From Eledone cirrhosa (lineage: Eukaryota): 64,000 nucleotides of DNA. The notes beneath the pieces are model-generated. The model saw nothing but the letters and a program-made list of their open reading frames with translations, did no database searches and was not told the DNA's origin. The DNA lies in contig OZ024745.1 in NCBI GenBank assembly GCA_964016885.1, positions 3,286,001-3,350,000 of the forward strand, given 5' to 3'. Shown one piece after another: positions 42,065-55,500 of the stretch. The first letter of the stretch is position 1. Each line of letters opens with the position of its first letter. The position numbers and the translations under genes are program-made.

Positions 42065-45000
42065 TACCATCTCCCACCTGTCCTTTAGTCCACCTTCTCC
42101 CACCTGTCCTTTAGTCTACAATCTCCCACCTGTCCTTTAGTCCACCTTCTCCCACCTGTCCTTTAGTCCACCTTCTCCCACCTGTCCTTTAGTCTACCAT
42201 CTCCCACCTGTCCTTTAGTCCACCTTCTCCCACCTGTCCTTTAGTCCACCTTCTCCCACCTGTCCTTTAGTCCACCTTCTCCCACCTGTCCTTTAGTCTA
42301 CCATTTCCCACCTGTCCTTTAGTCCACCATCTCCCACCTGTCCTTTAGTCCACCATCTCCCACCTGTCCTTTACTCCACCTTCTCCCACCTGTCCTTTAG
42401 TCCACCTTCTCCCACCTGTCCTTTAGTCCACCTTCTCCCACCTGTCCTTTAGTCCACCTCCTCCCACCTGTCCTTTAGTCCACCATCTCCCACCTGTCCT
42501 TTAGTCTACCATCTCCCACCTGTCCTTTAGTCCACCTTCTCCCACCTGTCCTTTAGTCCACCTTCTCCCACCTGTCCTTTAGTCCACCTCCTCCCACCTG
42601 TCCTTTAGTCCACCATCTCCCACCTGTCCTTTAGTCCACCTTCTCCCACCTGTCCTTTAGTCCACCATCTCCCACCTGTCCTTTAGTCCACCTTCTCCTA
42701 CCTGTCCTTTAGTCCACCATCTCCCACCTGTCCTTTAGTCCACCTTCTGCCACCTGTCCTTTAGTCTACCATCTCCCACCTGTCCTTTAGTCCACCTTCT
42801 CCCACCTGTCCTTTAGTCCACCATCTCCCACCTGTCCTTTAGTCCACCTTCTCCCACCTGTCCTTTAGTCCACCATCTCCCACCTGTCCTTTAGTCCACC
42901 TTCTCCCACCTGTCCTTTAGTCTACCATCTCCCACCTGTCCTTTAGTCCACCTTCTCCCACCTGTCCTTTAGTCTACCATCTCCCACCTGTCCTTTAGTC
43001 CACCTTCTCCCACCTGTCCTTTAGTCCACCATCTCCCACCTGTCCTTTAGTCCACCTTCTCCCACCTGTCCTTTAGTCCACCTTCTCCCACCTGTCCTTT
43101 AGTCTACCTTCTCCCACCTGTCCTTTAGTCTACCATCTCCCACCTGTCCTTTAGTCCACCTTCTTCCACCTGTCCTTTAGTCCACCTTCTCCCACCTGTC
43201 CTTTAGTCCACCTTCTCCCACCTGTCCTTTAGTCTACCATGTCCCACCTGTCCTTTAGTCCACCTTCTCCCACCTTTCCTTTAGTCCACCTTCTCCCACC
43301 TGTCCTTTAGTCCACCTTCTCCCACCTGTCCTTTACTCCACCTTCTCCCACCTGTCCTTTAGTCTACCATCTCCCACCTGTCCTTTAGTCCACCTTCTCC
43401 CACCTGTCCTTTAGTCCACCTTCTCCAACCTGTCCTTTAGTCCACCTTCTCCCACCTGTCCTTTAGTCTACCATCTCCCACCTGTCCTTTAGTCCACCTT
43501 CTCCCACCTGTCCTTTAGTCCACCTTCTCCCACCTGTCCTTTAGTCCACCTTCTCCCACCTGTCCTTTAGTCTACCATCTCCCACCTGTCCTTTACTCCA
43601 CCTTCTCCCACCTGTCCTTTAGTCTACCATCTCCCACCTGTCCTTTAGTCCACCTTCTCCCACCTGTCCTTTAGTCCACCTTCTCCTACCTGTCCTTTAG
43701 TCCACCTTCTCCCACCTGTCCTTTAGTCTACCATCTCGCACCTGTCCTTTAGTCCACCTTCTCCCACCTGTCCTTTAGTCCACCTTCTCCCACCTGTCCT
43801 TTAGTCCACCTTCTCCCACCTGTCCTTTAGTCCACCTTCTCCCACCTGTCCTTTACTCCACCTTCTCCCACCTGACCTTTAGTCTACCATCTCCCACCTG
43901 TCCTTTAGTCCACCTTCTCCCACCTGTCCTTTAGTCCACCTTCTCCCACCTGTCCTTTAGTCCACCTTCTCCCACCTGTCCTTTAGTCTACCATCTCCCA
44001 CCTGTCCTTTAGTCCACCTTCTCCCACCTGTCCTTTAGTCCACCTTCTCCCACCTGTCCTTTAGTCCACCTTCTCCCACCTGTCCTTTAGTCCACCTTCT
44101 CCCACCTGTCCTTTAGTCTACCATCTCCCACCTGTCCTTTAGTCCACCTTCTCCCACCTGTCCTTTAGTCCACCTTCTCCCACCTGTCCTTTACTCCACC
44201 TTCTCCCACCTGTCCTTTAGTCTACCATCTCCCATCTGTCCTTTAGTCCACCTTCTCCCACCTGTCCTTTAGTCCACCTTCTCCCACCTGTCCTTTAGTC
44301 CACCTTCTCCCACCTGTCCTTTAGTCCACCATCTCCCACCTGTCCTTTAGTCCACCTTCTCCCACCTGTCCTTTACTCCACCTTCTCCCACCTGTCCTTT
44401 AGTCTACCATCTCCCACCTGTCCTTTAGTCCACCTTCTCCCACCTGTCCTTTAGTCCACCTTCTCCCACCTGTCCTTTAGTCCACCATCTCCCACCTGTC
44501 CTTTCTCCACCTTCTCCCACCTGTCCTTTAGTCTACCATCTCCCACCTGTCCTTTAGTCCACCTTCTCCCACCTGTCCTTTAGTCCACCTTCTCCCACCT
44601 GTCCTTTAGTCCACCTTCTCCCACCTGTCCTTTAGTCTACCATCTCCCACCTGTCCTTTAGTCCACCTTCTCCCACCTGTCCTTTAGTCCACCTTCTCCC
44701 ACCTGTCCTTTAGTCCACCTTCTCCCACCTGTCCTTTAATCCACCTTCTCCCACCTGTCCTTTAGTCTACCATCTGCCACCTGTCCTTTAGTCCACCTTC
44801 TCCCACCTGTCCTTTACTCCACCTTCTCCCACCTGTCCTTTAGTCTACCATCTCCCACCTGTCCTTTAGTCCACCTTCTCCCACCTGTCCTTTAGTCCAC
44901 CTTCTCCCACCTGTCCTTTAGTCCACCATCTCCCACCTGTCCTTTCTCCACCTTCTCCCACCTGTCCTTTAGTCTACCATCTCCCACCTGTCCTTTAGTC

Positions 45001-48000
45001 CACCTTCTCCCACCTGTCCTTTAGTCCACCATCTCCCACCTGTCCTTTAGTCCACCTTCTCCCACCTGTCCTTTAGTCTACCATCTCCCACCTGTCCTTT
45101 AGTCCACCTTCTCCCACCTGTCCTTTAGTCCACCTTCTCCCACCTGTCCTTTATTCTACCATCTCCCATCTGTCCTTTAGTCCACCTTCTCCCACCTGTC
45201 CTTTAGTCTACCATCTCCCACCTGTCCTTTAGTCCACCTTCTCCCACCTGTCCTTTAGTCCACCTTCTCCCACCTGTCCTTTAGTCCACCTTCTCCCACC
45301 TGTCCTTTAGTCTACCATCTCCCACCTGTCCTTTAGTCCACCTTCTCCCACCTGTCCTTTAGTCCACCATCTCCCACCTGTCCTTTAGTCCACCTTCTCC
45401 CACCTGTCCTTTAGTCTACCATCTCCCACCTGTCCTTTAGTCCACCTTCTCCCACCTGTCCTTTAGTCCACCATCTCCCACCTGTCCTTTAGTCCACCTT
45501 CTCCCACCTGTCCTTTAGTCTACCATCTCCCACCTGTCCTTTAGTCCACCTTCTCCCACCTGTCCTTTAGTCCACCTTCTCCCACCTGTCCTTTAGTCCA
45601 CCATCTCCCACCTGTCCTTTAGTCCACCTTCTCCCACCTGTCCTTTAGTCCACCATCTCCCACCTGTCCTTTAGTCCACCTTCTCCCACCTGTCCTTTAG
45701 TCTACTATCTCCCACCTGTCCTTTAGTCCACCTTCTCCCACCTGTCCTTTAGTCCACCATCTCCCACCTGTCCTTTAGTCCACCTTCTCCCACCTGTCCT
45801 TTAGTCCACCTTCTCCCACCTGTCCTTTAGTCCACCTTCTCCCACCTGTCCTTTAGTCCACCTTCTCCCACCTGTCCTTTAGTCCACCTTCTCCCACCTG
45901 TCCTTTAGTCCACCATCTCCCACCTGTCCTTTAGTCCACCTTCTCCCACCTGTCCTTTAGTCTACCATCTCCCACCTGTCCTTTACTCCACCATCTCCCA
46001 CCTGTCCTTTAGTCTACCATCTCCCACCTGTCCTTTAGTCCACCTTCTCCCACCTGTCCTTTAGTCCACCATCTCCCACCTGTCCTTTAGTCCACCATCT
46101 CCCACCTGTCCTTTAGTCCACCTTCTCCCACCTGTCCTTTAGTCTACTATCTCCCACCTGTCCTTTAGTCCACCTTCTCCCACCTGTCCTTTAGTCCACC
46201 ATCTCCCACCTGTCCTTTAGTCCACCTTCTCCCACCTGTCCTTTAGTCCACCTTCTCCCACCTGTCCTTTAGTCCACCTTCTCCCACCTGTCCTTTAGTC
46301 CACCTTCTCCCACCTGTCCTTTAGTCCACCTTCTCCCACCTGTCCTTTAGTCCACCATCTCCCACCTGTCCTTTAGTCCACCTTCTCCCACCTGTCCTTT
46401 AGTCTACCATCTCCCACCTGTCCTTTACTCCACCTTCTCCCACCTGTCCTTTAGTCCACCATCTCCCACCTGTCCTTTAGTCCACCTTCTCCCACCTGTC
46501 CTTTAGTCCACCTTCTCCCACCTGTCCTTTAGTCCACCTTCTCCCACCTGTCCTTTAGTCCACCTTCTCCCACCTGTCCTTTAGTCCACCTTCTCCCACC
46601 TGTCCTTTACTCCACCATCTCCCACCTGTCCTTTAGTCCATCTTCTCCCACCTGTCCTTTAGTCTACCATCTCCCACCTGTCCTTTAGTCCACCTTCTCC
46701 CACCTGCCCTTTACTCCACCTTCTCCCACCTGTCCTTTAGTCCATCTCCCACCTGTCCTTTAGTCCATCTCCCACCTGTCCTTTAGTCTACCATCTCCCA
46801 CCTGTCCTTTAGTCCACCTTCTCCCACCTGTCCTTTAGTCTACCATCTCCCACCTGCCCTTTAGTCCACCTTCTCCCACCTGTCCTTTAGTCTACCATCT
46901 CCCACCTGTCCTTTAGTCCACCTTCTCCCACCTGTCCTTTAGTCCACCATCTCCCACCTGTCCTTTAGTCCACCATCTCCCACCTGTCCTTTAGTCTACC
47001 ATCTCCCACCTGTCCTTTAGTCCACCATCTCCCACCTGTCCTTTAGTCCACCATCTCCCACCTGTCCTTTAGTCTACCATCTCCCACCTGCCCTTTAGTC
47101 CACCTTCTCCCACCTGTCCTTTAGTCTACCATCTCCCACCTGTCCTTTAGTCCACCTTCTCCCACCTGTCCTTTAGTCCACCATCTCCCACCTGTCCTTT
47201 AGTCTACCATCTCCCACCTGTCCTTTAGTCCACCATCTCCCACCTGTCCTTTAGTCCACCATCTCCCACCTGTCCTTTAGTCTACCATCTCCCACCTGCC
47301 CTTTAGTCCACCTTCTCCCACCTGTCCTTTAGTCTACCATCTCCCACCTGTCCTTTAGTCCACCTTCTCCCACCTGTCCTTTAGTCCACCATCTCCCACC
47401 TGTCCTTTAGTCTACCATCTCCCACCTGTCCTTTAGTCCACCATCTCCCACCTGTCCTTTAGTCCACCATCTCCCACCTGTCCTTTAGTCTACCATCTCC
47501 CACCTGTCCTTTAGTCCACCTTCTCCCACCTGTCCTTTAGTCTACCATCTCCCACCTGCCCTTTAGTCCACCTTCTCCCACCTGTCCTTTAGTCCACCAT
47601 CTCCCACCTGTCCTTTAGTCCACCTTCTCCCACCTGTCCTTTAGTCCACCATCTCCCACCTGTCCTTTAGTCCACCTTCTCCCACCTGTCCTTTAGTCTA
47701 CCATCTCCCACCTGTTTTTTAGTCCACCTTCTCCCACCTGTCCTTTAGTCCACCATCTCCCACCTGTCCTTTAGTCCACCTTCTCCCACCTGTCCTTTAC
47801 TCCACCTTCTCCCACCTGTCCTTTAGTCCACCATCTCCCACCTGTCCTTTAGTCCACCTTCTCCCACCTGTCCTTTACTCCACCTTCTCCCACCTGTCCT
47901 TTAGTCCACCATCTCCCACCTGTCCTTTAGTCTACCATCTCCCACCTGTCCTTTAGTCCACCTTCTCCTACCTGTCCTTTAGTCCACCTTCTCCCACCTG

Positions 48001-51000
48001 TCCTTTAGTCCACCTTCTCCCACCTGTCCTTTAGTCTACCATCTCCCACCTGTCCTTTAGTCCACCTTCTCCCACCTGTCCTTTACTCCACCTTCTCCCA
48101 CCTGTCCTTTAGTCCACCATCTCCCACCTGTCCTTTAGTCCACCTTCTCCCACCTGTCCTTTAGTCCACCTTCTCCCACCTGTCCTTTAGTCTACCATCT
48201 CCCACCTGTCCTTTAGTCCACCTTCTCCTACCTGTCCTTTAGTCCACCTTCTCCCACCTGTCCTTTAGTCCACCTTCTCCCACCTGTCCTTTAGTCTACC
48301 ATCTCCCACCTGTCCTTTAGTCCACCTTCTCCCACCTGTCCTTTACTCCACCTTCTCCCACCTGTCCTTTAGTCCACCATCTCCCACCTGTCCTTTAGTC
48401 CACCTTCTCCCACCTGTCCTTTAGTCTACCATCTCCTACCTGTCCTTTAGTCCACCTTCTCCCACCTGTCCTTTAGTCCACCTTCTCCTACCTGTCCTTT
48501 AGTCCACCTTCTCCCACCTGTCCTTTAGTCCACCTTCTCCCACCTGTCCTTTAGTCCACCTTCTCCTACCTGTCCTTTAGTCCACCTTCTCCCACCTGTC
48601 CTTTAGTCCACCTTCTCCCACCTGTCCTTTAGTCTACCATCTCCCACCTGTCCTTTAGTCCACCTTCTCCCACCTGTCCTTTAGTCTACCATCTCCCACC
48701 TGTCCTTTAGTCCACCTTCTCCCACCTGTCCTTTAGTCCACCTTCTCCCACCTGTCCTTTAGTCCACCATCTCCCACCTGTCCTTTAGTCCACCTTCTCC
48801 TACCTGTCCTTTAGTCTACCATCTCCCACCTGTCCTTTAGTCCACCTTCTCCCACCTGTCCTTTAGTCTACCATCTCCCACCTGTCCTTTAGTCCACCTT
48901 CTCCCACCTGTCCTTTAGTCTACCATCTCCCACCTGTCCTTTAGTCCACCTTCTCCCACCTGTCCTTTAGTCCACCTTCTCCCACCTGTCCTTTAGTCCA
49001 CCATCTCCCACCTGTCCTTTAGTCCACCTTCTCCTACCTGTCCTTTAGTCTACCATCTCCCACCTGTCCTTTAGTCCACCTTCTCCCACCTGTCCTTTAG
49101 TCCACCTTCTCCCACCTGTCCTTTAGTCTACCATCTCCCACCTGTCCTTTAGTCCACCTTCTCCCACCTGTCCTTTAGTCTACCATCTCCCACCTGTCCT
49201 TTAGTCCACCTTCTCCCACCTGTCCTTTACTCCACCTTCTCCCACCTGTCCTTTAGTCCACCTTCTCCCACCTGTCCTTTACTCCACCTTCTCCCACCTG
49301 TCCTTTAGTCCACCTTCTCCTACCTGTCCTTTAGTCTACCATCTCCCACCTGTCCTTTACTCCACCATCTCCCACCTGTCCTTTAGTCCACCTTCTCCCA
49401 CCTGTCCTTTAGTCCACCTTCTCCCACCTGTCCTTTAGTCTACCATCTCCCACCTGTCCTTTAGTCCACCTTCTCCCACCTGTCCTTTAGTCCACCTTCT
49501 CCCACCTGTCCTTTACTCCACCTTCTCCCACCTGTCCTTTAGTCCACCTTCTCCTACCTGTCCTTTAGTCTACCATCTCCCACCTGTCCTTTACTCCACC
49601 ATCTCCCACCTGTCCTTTAGTCCACCTTCTCCCACCTGTCCTTTAGTCCACCATCTCCCACCTGTCCTTTAGTCCACCATCTCCCACCTGTCCTTTAGTC
49701 TACCATCTCCCACCTGTCCTTTAGTCCACCTTCTCCCACCTGTCCTTTAGTCCACCATCTCCCACCTGTCCTTTAGTCCACCTTCTCCCACCTGTCCTTT
49801 AGTCTACCATCTCCCACCTGTTTTTTAGTCCACCTTCTCCCACCTGTCCTTTAGTCCACCATCTCCCACCTGTCCTTTAGTCCACCTTCTCCCACCTGTC
49901 CTTTACTCCACCTTCTCCCACCTGTCCTTTAGTCCACCTTCTCCTACCTGTCCTTTAGTCCACCTTCTCCCACCTGTCCTTTAGTCCACCTTCTCCCACC
50001 TGTCCTTTAGTCTACCATCTCCCACCTGTCCTTTAGTCCACCTTCTCCCACCTGTCCTTTAGTCCACCTTCTCCCACCTGTCCTTTACTCCACCTTCTCC
50101 CACCTGTCCTTTAGTCCACCTTCTCCCACCTGTCCTTTAGTCCACCTTCTCCTACCTGTCCTTTAGTCTACCATCTCCCACCTGTCCTTTACTCCACCAT
50201 CTCCCACCTGTCCTTTAGTCCACCTTCTCCCACCTGTCCTTTAGTCCACCTTCTCCCACCTGTCCTTTAGTCTACCATCTCCCACCTGTCCTTTAGTCCA
50301 CCTTCTCCCACCTGTCCTTTAGTCCACCTTCTCCCACCTGTCCTTTACTCCACCTTCTCCCACCTGTCCTTTAGTCCACCTTCTCCTACCTGTCCTTTAG
50401 TCTACCATCTCCCACCTGTCCTTTACTCCACCATCTCCCACCTGTCCTTTAGTCCACCTTCTCCCACCTGTCCTTTAGTCCACCATCTCCCACCTGTCCT
50501 TTAGTCCACCATCTCCCACCTGTCCTTTAGTACACCTTCTCCCACCTGTCCTTTAGTCCACCTTCTCCCACCTGTCCTTTAGTCCACCTTCTCCCACCTG
50601 TCCTTTAGTCCACCTTCTCCCACCTGTCCTTTAGTCCACCTTCTCCCACCTGTCCTTTAGTCCACCTTCTCCCACCTGTCCTTTACTCCACCTTCTCCCA
50701 CCTGTCCTTTAGTCTACCATCTCCCACCTGTCCTTTAGTCCACCTTCTCCCACCTGTCCTTTAGTCTACCATCTCCCACCTGTCCTTTAGTCCACCTTCT
50801 CCAACCTGTCCTTTAGTCCACCTTCTCCCACCTGTCCTTTAGTCTACCATCTCCCACCTGTCCTTTAGTCCACCTTCTCCCACCTGTCCTTTAGTCCACC
50901 TTCTCCCACCTGTCCTTTAGTCCACCTTCTCCCACCTGTCCTTTACTCCACCTTCTCCCACCTGTCCTTTAGTCTACCATCTCCCACCTGTCCTTTAGTC

Positions 51001-52540
51001 CACCTTCTCCCACCTGTCCTTTAGTCTACCATCTCCCACCTGTCCTTTAGTCCACCTTCTCCCACCTGTCCTTTAGTCCACCTTCTCCCACCTGTCCTTT
51101 AGTCCACCTTCTCCCACCTGTCCTTTAGTCTACCATCTCCCACCTGTCCTTTACTCCACCTTCTCCCACCTGTCCTTTAGTCTACCATCTCCCACCTGTC
51201 CTTTAGTCCACCTTCTCCCACCTGTCCTTTAGTCCACCTTCTCCTACCTGTCCTTTAGTCCACCATCTCCCACCTGTCCTTTAGTCCACCTTCTCCCACC
51301 TGTCCTTTAGTCCACCTTCTCCCACCTGTCCTTTAGTCCACCTTCTCCCACCTGTCCTTTAGTCCACCATCTCCCACCTGTCCTTTAGTCCACCATCTCC
51401 CACCTGTCCTTTAGTCCACCTTCTCCCACCTGTCCTTTAGTCCACCTTCTCCCACCTGTCCTTTAGTCCACCTTCTCCCACCTGTCCTTTAGTCCACCTT
51501 CTCCCACCTGTCCTTTAGTCTACCATCTCCCACCTGTCCTTTAGTCCACCTTCTCCCACCTGTCCTTTAGTCCACCATCTCCCACCTGTCCTTTAGTCTA
51601 CCTTCTCCTACCTGTCCTTTAGTCCACCTTCTCCCACCTGTCCTTTAGTCTACCATCTCCCACCTGTCCTTTAGTCCACCTTCTCCCACCTGTCCTTTAG
51701 TCCACCTTCTCCCACCTGTCCTTTAGTCCACCTTCTCCCACCTGTCCTTTAGTCTACCTTCTCCTACCTGTCCTTTAGTCCACCTTCTCCCACCTGTCCT
51801 TTAGTCTACCATCTCGCACCTGTCCTTTAGTCCACCTTCTCCCACCTGTCCTTTAGTCCACCTTCTCCCACCTGTCCTTTAGTCCACCTTCTCCCACCTG
51901 TCCTTTACTCCACCTTCTCCCACCTGACCTTTAGTCTACCATCTCCCACCTGTCCTTTAGTCCACCTTCTCCCACCTGTCCTTTAGTCCACCTTCTCCCA
52001 CCTGTCCTTTAGTCCACCTTCTCCCACCTGTCCTTTAGTCTACCATCTCCCACCTGTCCTTTAGTCCACCTTCTCCCACCTGTCCTTTAGTCCACCTTCT
52101 CCCACCTGTCCTTTAGTCCACCTTCTCCCACCTGTCCTTTAGTCCACCTTCTCCCACCTGTCCTTTAGTCTACCATCTCCCATCTGTCCTTTAGTCCACC
52201 TTCTCCCACCTGTCCTTTAGTCCACCTTCTCCCACCTGTCCTTTACTCCACCTTCTCCCACCTGTCCTTTAGTCTACCATCTCCCACCTGTCCTTTAGTC
52301 CACCTTCTCCCACCTGTCCTTTAGTCCACCTTCTCCCATCTGTCCTTTAGTCTACCATCTCCCACCTGTCCTTTAGTCTACCATCTCGCACCTGTCCTTT
52401 AGTCCACCTTCTCCCACCTGTCCTTTAGTCCACCTTCTCCCACCTGTCCTTTAGTCCACCTTCTCCCACCTGTCCTTTACTCCACCTTCTCCCACCTGAC
52501 CTTTAGTCTACCATCTCCCACCTGTCCTTTAGTCCACCTT

Positions 52541-55500
52541 CTCCCACCTGTCCTTTAGTCCACCTTCTCCCACCTGTCCTTTAGTCCACCTTCTCCCACC
52601 TGTCCTTTAGTCCACCTTCTCCCACCTGTCCTTTAGTCTACCATCTCCCACCTGTCCTTTACTCCACCTTCTCCCACCTGTCCTTTAGTCTACCATCTCC
52701 CACCTGTCCTTTAGTCCACCTTCTCCCACCTGTCCTTTAGTCCACCTTCTCCCACCTGTCCTTTAGTCCACCTTCTCCCACCTGTCCTTTAGTCTACCAT
52801 CTCCCACCTGTCCTTTAGTCCACCTTCTCCCACCTGTCCTTTAGTCCACCTTCTCCCGCCTGTCCTTTAGTCCACCTTTTCCCACCTGTCCTTTAGTCCA
52901 CCTTCTCCCACCTGTCCTTTAGTCCACCATCTCCCACCTGTCCTTTAGTCCACCTTCTGCCACCTGTCCTTTAGTCCACCTTCTCCCACCTGTCCTTTAG
53001 TCCACCTTCTCCCACCTGTCCTTTAGTCTACCATCTCCCACCTGTCCTTTAGTCCACCTTCTCCCACCTGTCCTTTAGTCCACCTTCTCCCACCTGTCCT
53101 TTAGTCCACCATCTCCCACCTGTCCTTTACTCCACCTTCTCCCACCTGTCCTTTAGTGTACCATCTCCCACCTGTCCTTTAGTCCACCTTCTCCCACCTG
53201 TCCTTTAGTCCACCTTCTCCCACCTGTCCTTTAGTCCACCTTCTCCCACCTGTCCTTTAGTCTACCATCTCCCACCTGTCCTTTAGTCCACCTTCTCCCA
53301 CCTGTCCTTTAGTCCACCTTCTCCCACCTGTCCTTTAGTCCACCATCTCCCACCTGTCCTTTCTCCACCTTCTCCCACCTGTCCTTTAGTCTACCATCTC
53401 CCACCTGTCCTTTAGTCCACCTTCTCCCACCTGTCCTTTAGTCCACCTTCTCCCACCTGTCCTTTAGTCCACCTTCTCCCACCTGTCCTTTAGTCTACCA
53501 TCTCCCACCTGTCCTTTAGTCCACCTTCTCCCACCTGTCCTTTAGTCCACCTTCTCCCACCTGTCCTTTAGTCCACCTTCTCCCACCTTCTCCTTTACTC
53601 CACCTTCTCCCACCTGTCCTTTAGTCTACCATCTGCCACCTGTCCTTTAGTCCACCTTCTCCCACCTGTCCTTTACTCCACCTTCTCCCACCTGTCCTTT
53701 AGTCTACCATCTCCCACCTGTCCTTTAGTCCACCTTCTCCCACCTGTCCTTTAGTCCACCTTCTCCCACCTGTCCTTTAGTCCACCATCTCCCACCTGTC
53801 CTTTCTCCACCTTCTCCCACCTGTCCTTTAGTCTACCATCTCCCACCTGTCCTTTAGTCCACCTTCTCCCACCTGTCCTTTAGTCCACCTTCTCCCACCT
53901 GTCCTTTAGTCCACCTTCTCCCACCTGTCCTTTATTCTACCATCTCCCATCTGTCCTTTAGTCCACCTTCTCCCACCTGTCCTTTAGTCTACCATCTCCC
54001 ACCTGTCCTTTAGTCCACCTTCTCCCACCTGTCCTTTAGTCCACCTTCTCCCACCTGTCCTTTAGTCCACCTTCTCCCACCTGTCCTTTAGTCTACCATC
54101 TCCCACCTGTCCTTTAGTCCACCTTCTCCCACCTGTCCTTTAGTCCACCTTCTCCCACCTGTCCTTTAGTCCACCTTCTCCCACCTGTCCTTTAGTCTAC
54201 CATCTCCCACATGTCCTTTAGTCCACCTTCTCCCACCTGTCCTTTAGTCCACCATCTCCCACTTGTCCTTTAGTCCACCTTCTCCCACCTGTCCTTTAGT
54301 CTACCATCTCCCACCTGTCCTTTAGTCCACCTTCTCCCACCTGTCCTTTAGTCCACCTTCTCCCACCTGTCCTTTAGTCCACCTTCTCCCACCTGTCCTT
54401 TAGTCCACCATCTCCCACCTGTCCTTTAGTCCACCTTCTCCCACCTGTCCTTTAGTCCACCATCTCCCACCTGTCGTTTAGTCCACCTTCTCCCACCTGT
54501 CCTTTAGTCTACTATCTCCCACCTGTCCTTTAGTCCACCTTCTCCCACCTGTCCTTTAGTCCACCATCTCCCACCTGTCCTTTAGTCCACCTTCTCCCAC
54601 CTGTCCTTTAGTCCACCTTCTCCCACCTGTCCTTTAGTCCACCTTCTCCCACCTGTCCTTTAGTCCACCTTCTCCCACCTGTCCTTTAGTCTACCATCTC
54701 CCATCTGTCCTTTAGTCCACCTTCTCCCACCTGTCCTTTAGTCCACCTTCTCCCACCTGTCCTTTAGTCCACCTTCTCCCACCTGTCCTTTAGTCCACCT
54801 TCTCCCACCTGTCCTTTAGTCTACCATCTCCCACCTGTCCTTTAGTCCACCTTCTCCCACCTGTCCTTTAGTCCACCTTCTCCCATCTGTCCTTTAGTCT
54901 ACCATCTCCCACCTGTCCTTTAGTCCACCTTCTCCCACCTGTCCTTTAGTCCACCTTCTCCCACCTGTCCTTTAGTCCACCTTCTCCCACCTGTCCTTTA
55001 GTCTACCATCTCCCACCTGTCCTTTACTCCACCTTCTCCCACCTGTCCTTTAGTCTACCATCTCCCACCTGTCCTTTAGTCCACCTTCTCCCACCTGTCC
55101 TTTAGTCCACCTTCTCCCACCTGTCCTTTAGTCCACCTTCTCCCACCTGTCCTTTAGTCTACCATCTCCCACCTGTCCTTTAGTCCACCTTCTCCCACCT
55201 GTCCTTTAGTCCACCTTCTCCCGCCTGTCCTTTAGTCCACCTTTTCCCACCTGTCCTTTAGTCCACCTTCTCCCACCTGTCCTTTAGTCCACCATCTCCC
55301 ACCTGTCCTTTAGTCCACCTTCTGCCACCTGTCCTTTAGTCCACCTTCTCCCACCTGTCCTTTAGTCCACCTTCTCCCACCTGTCCTTTAGTCTACCATC
55401 TCCCACCTGTCCTTTAGTCCACCTTCTCCCACCTGTCCTTTAGTCCACCTTCTCCCACCTGTCCTTTAGTCCACCATCTCCCACCTGTCCTTTACTCCAC

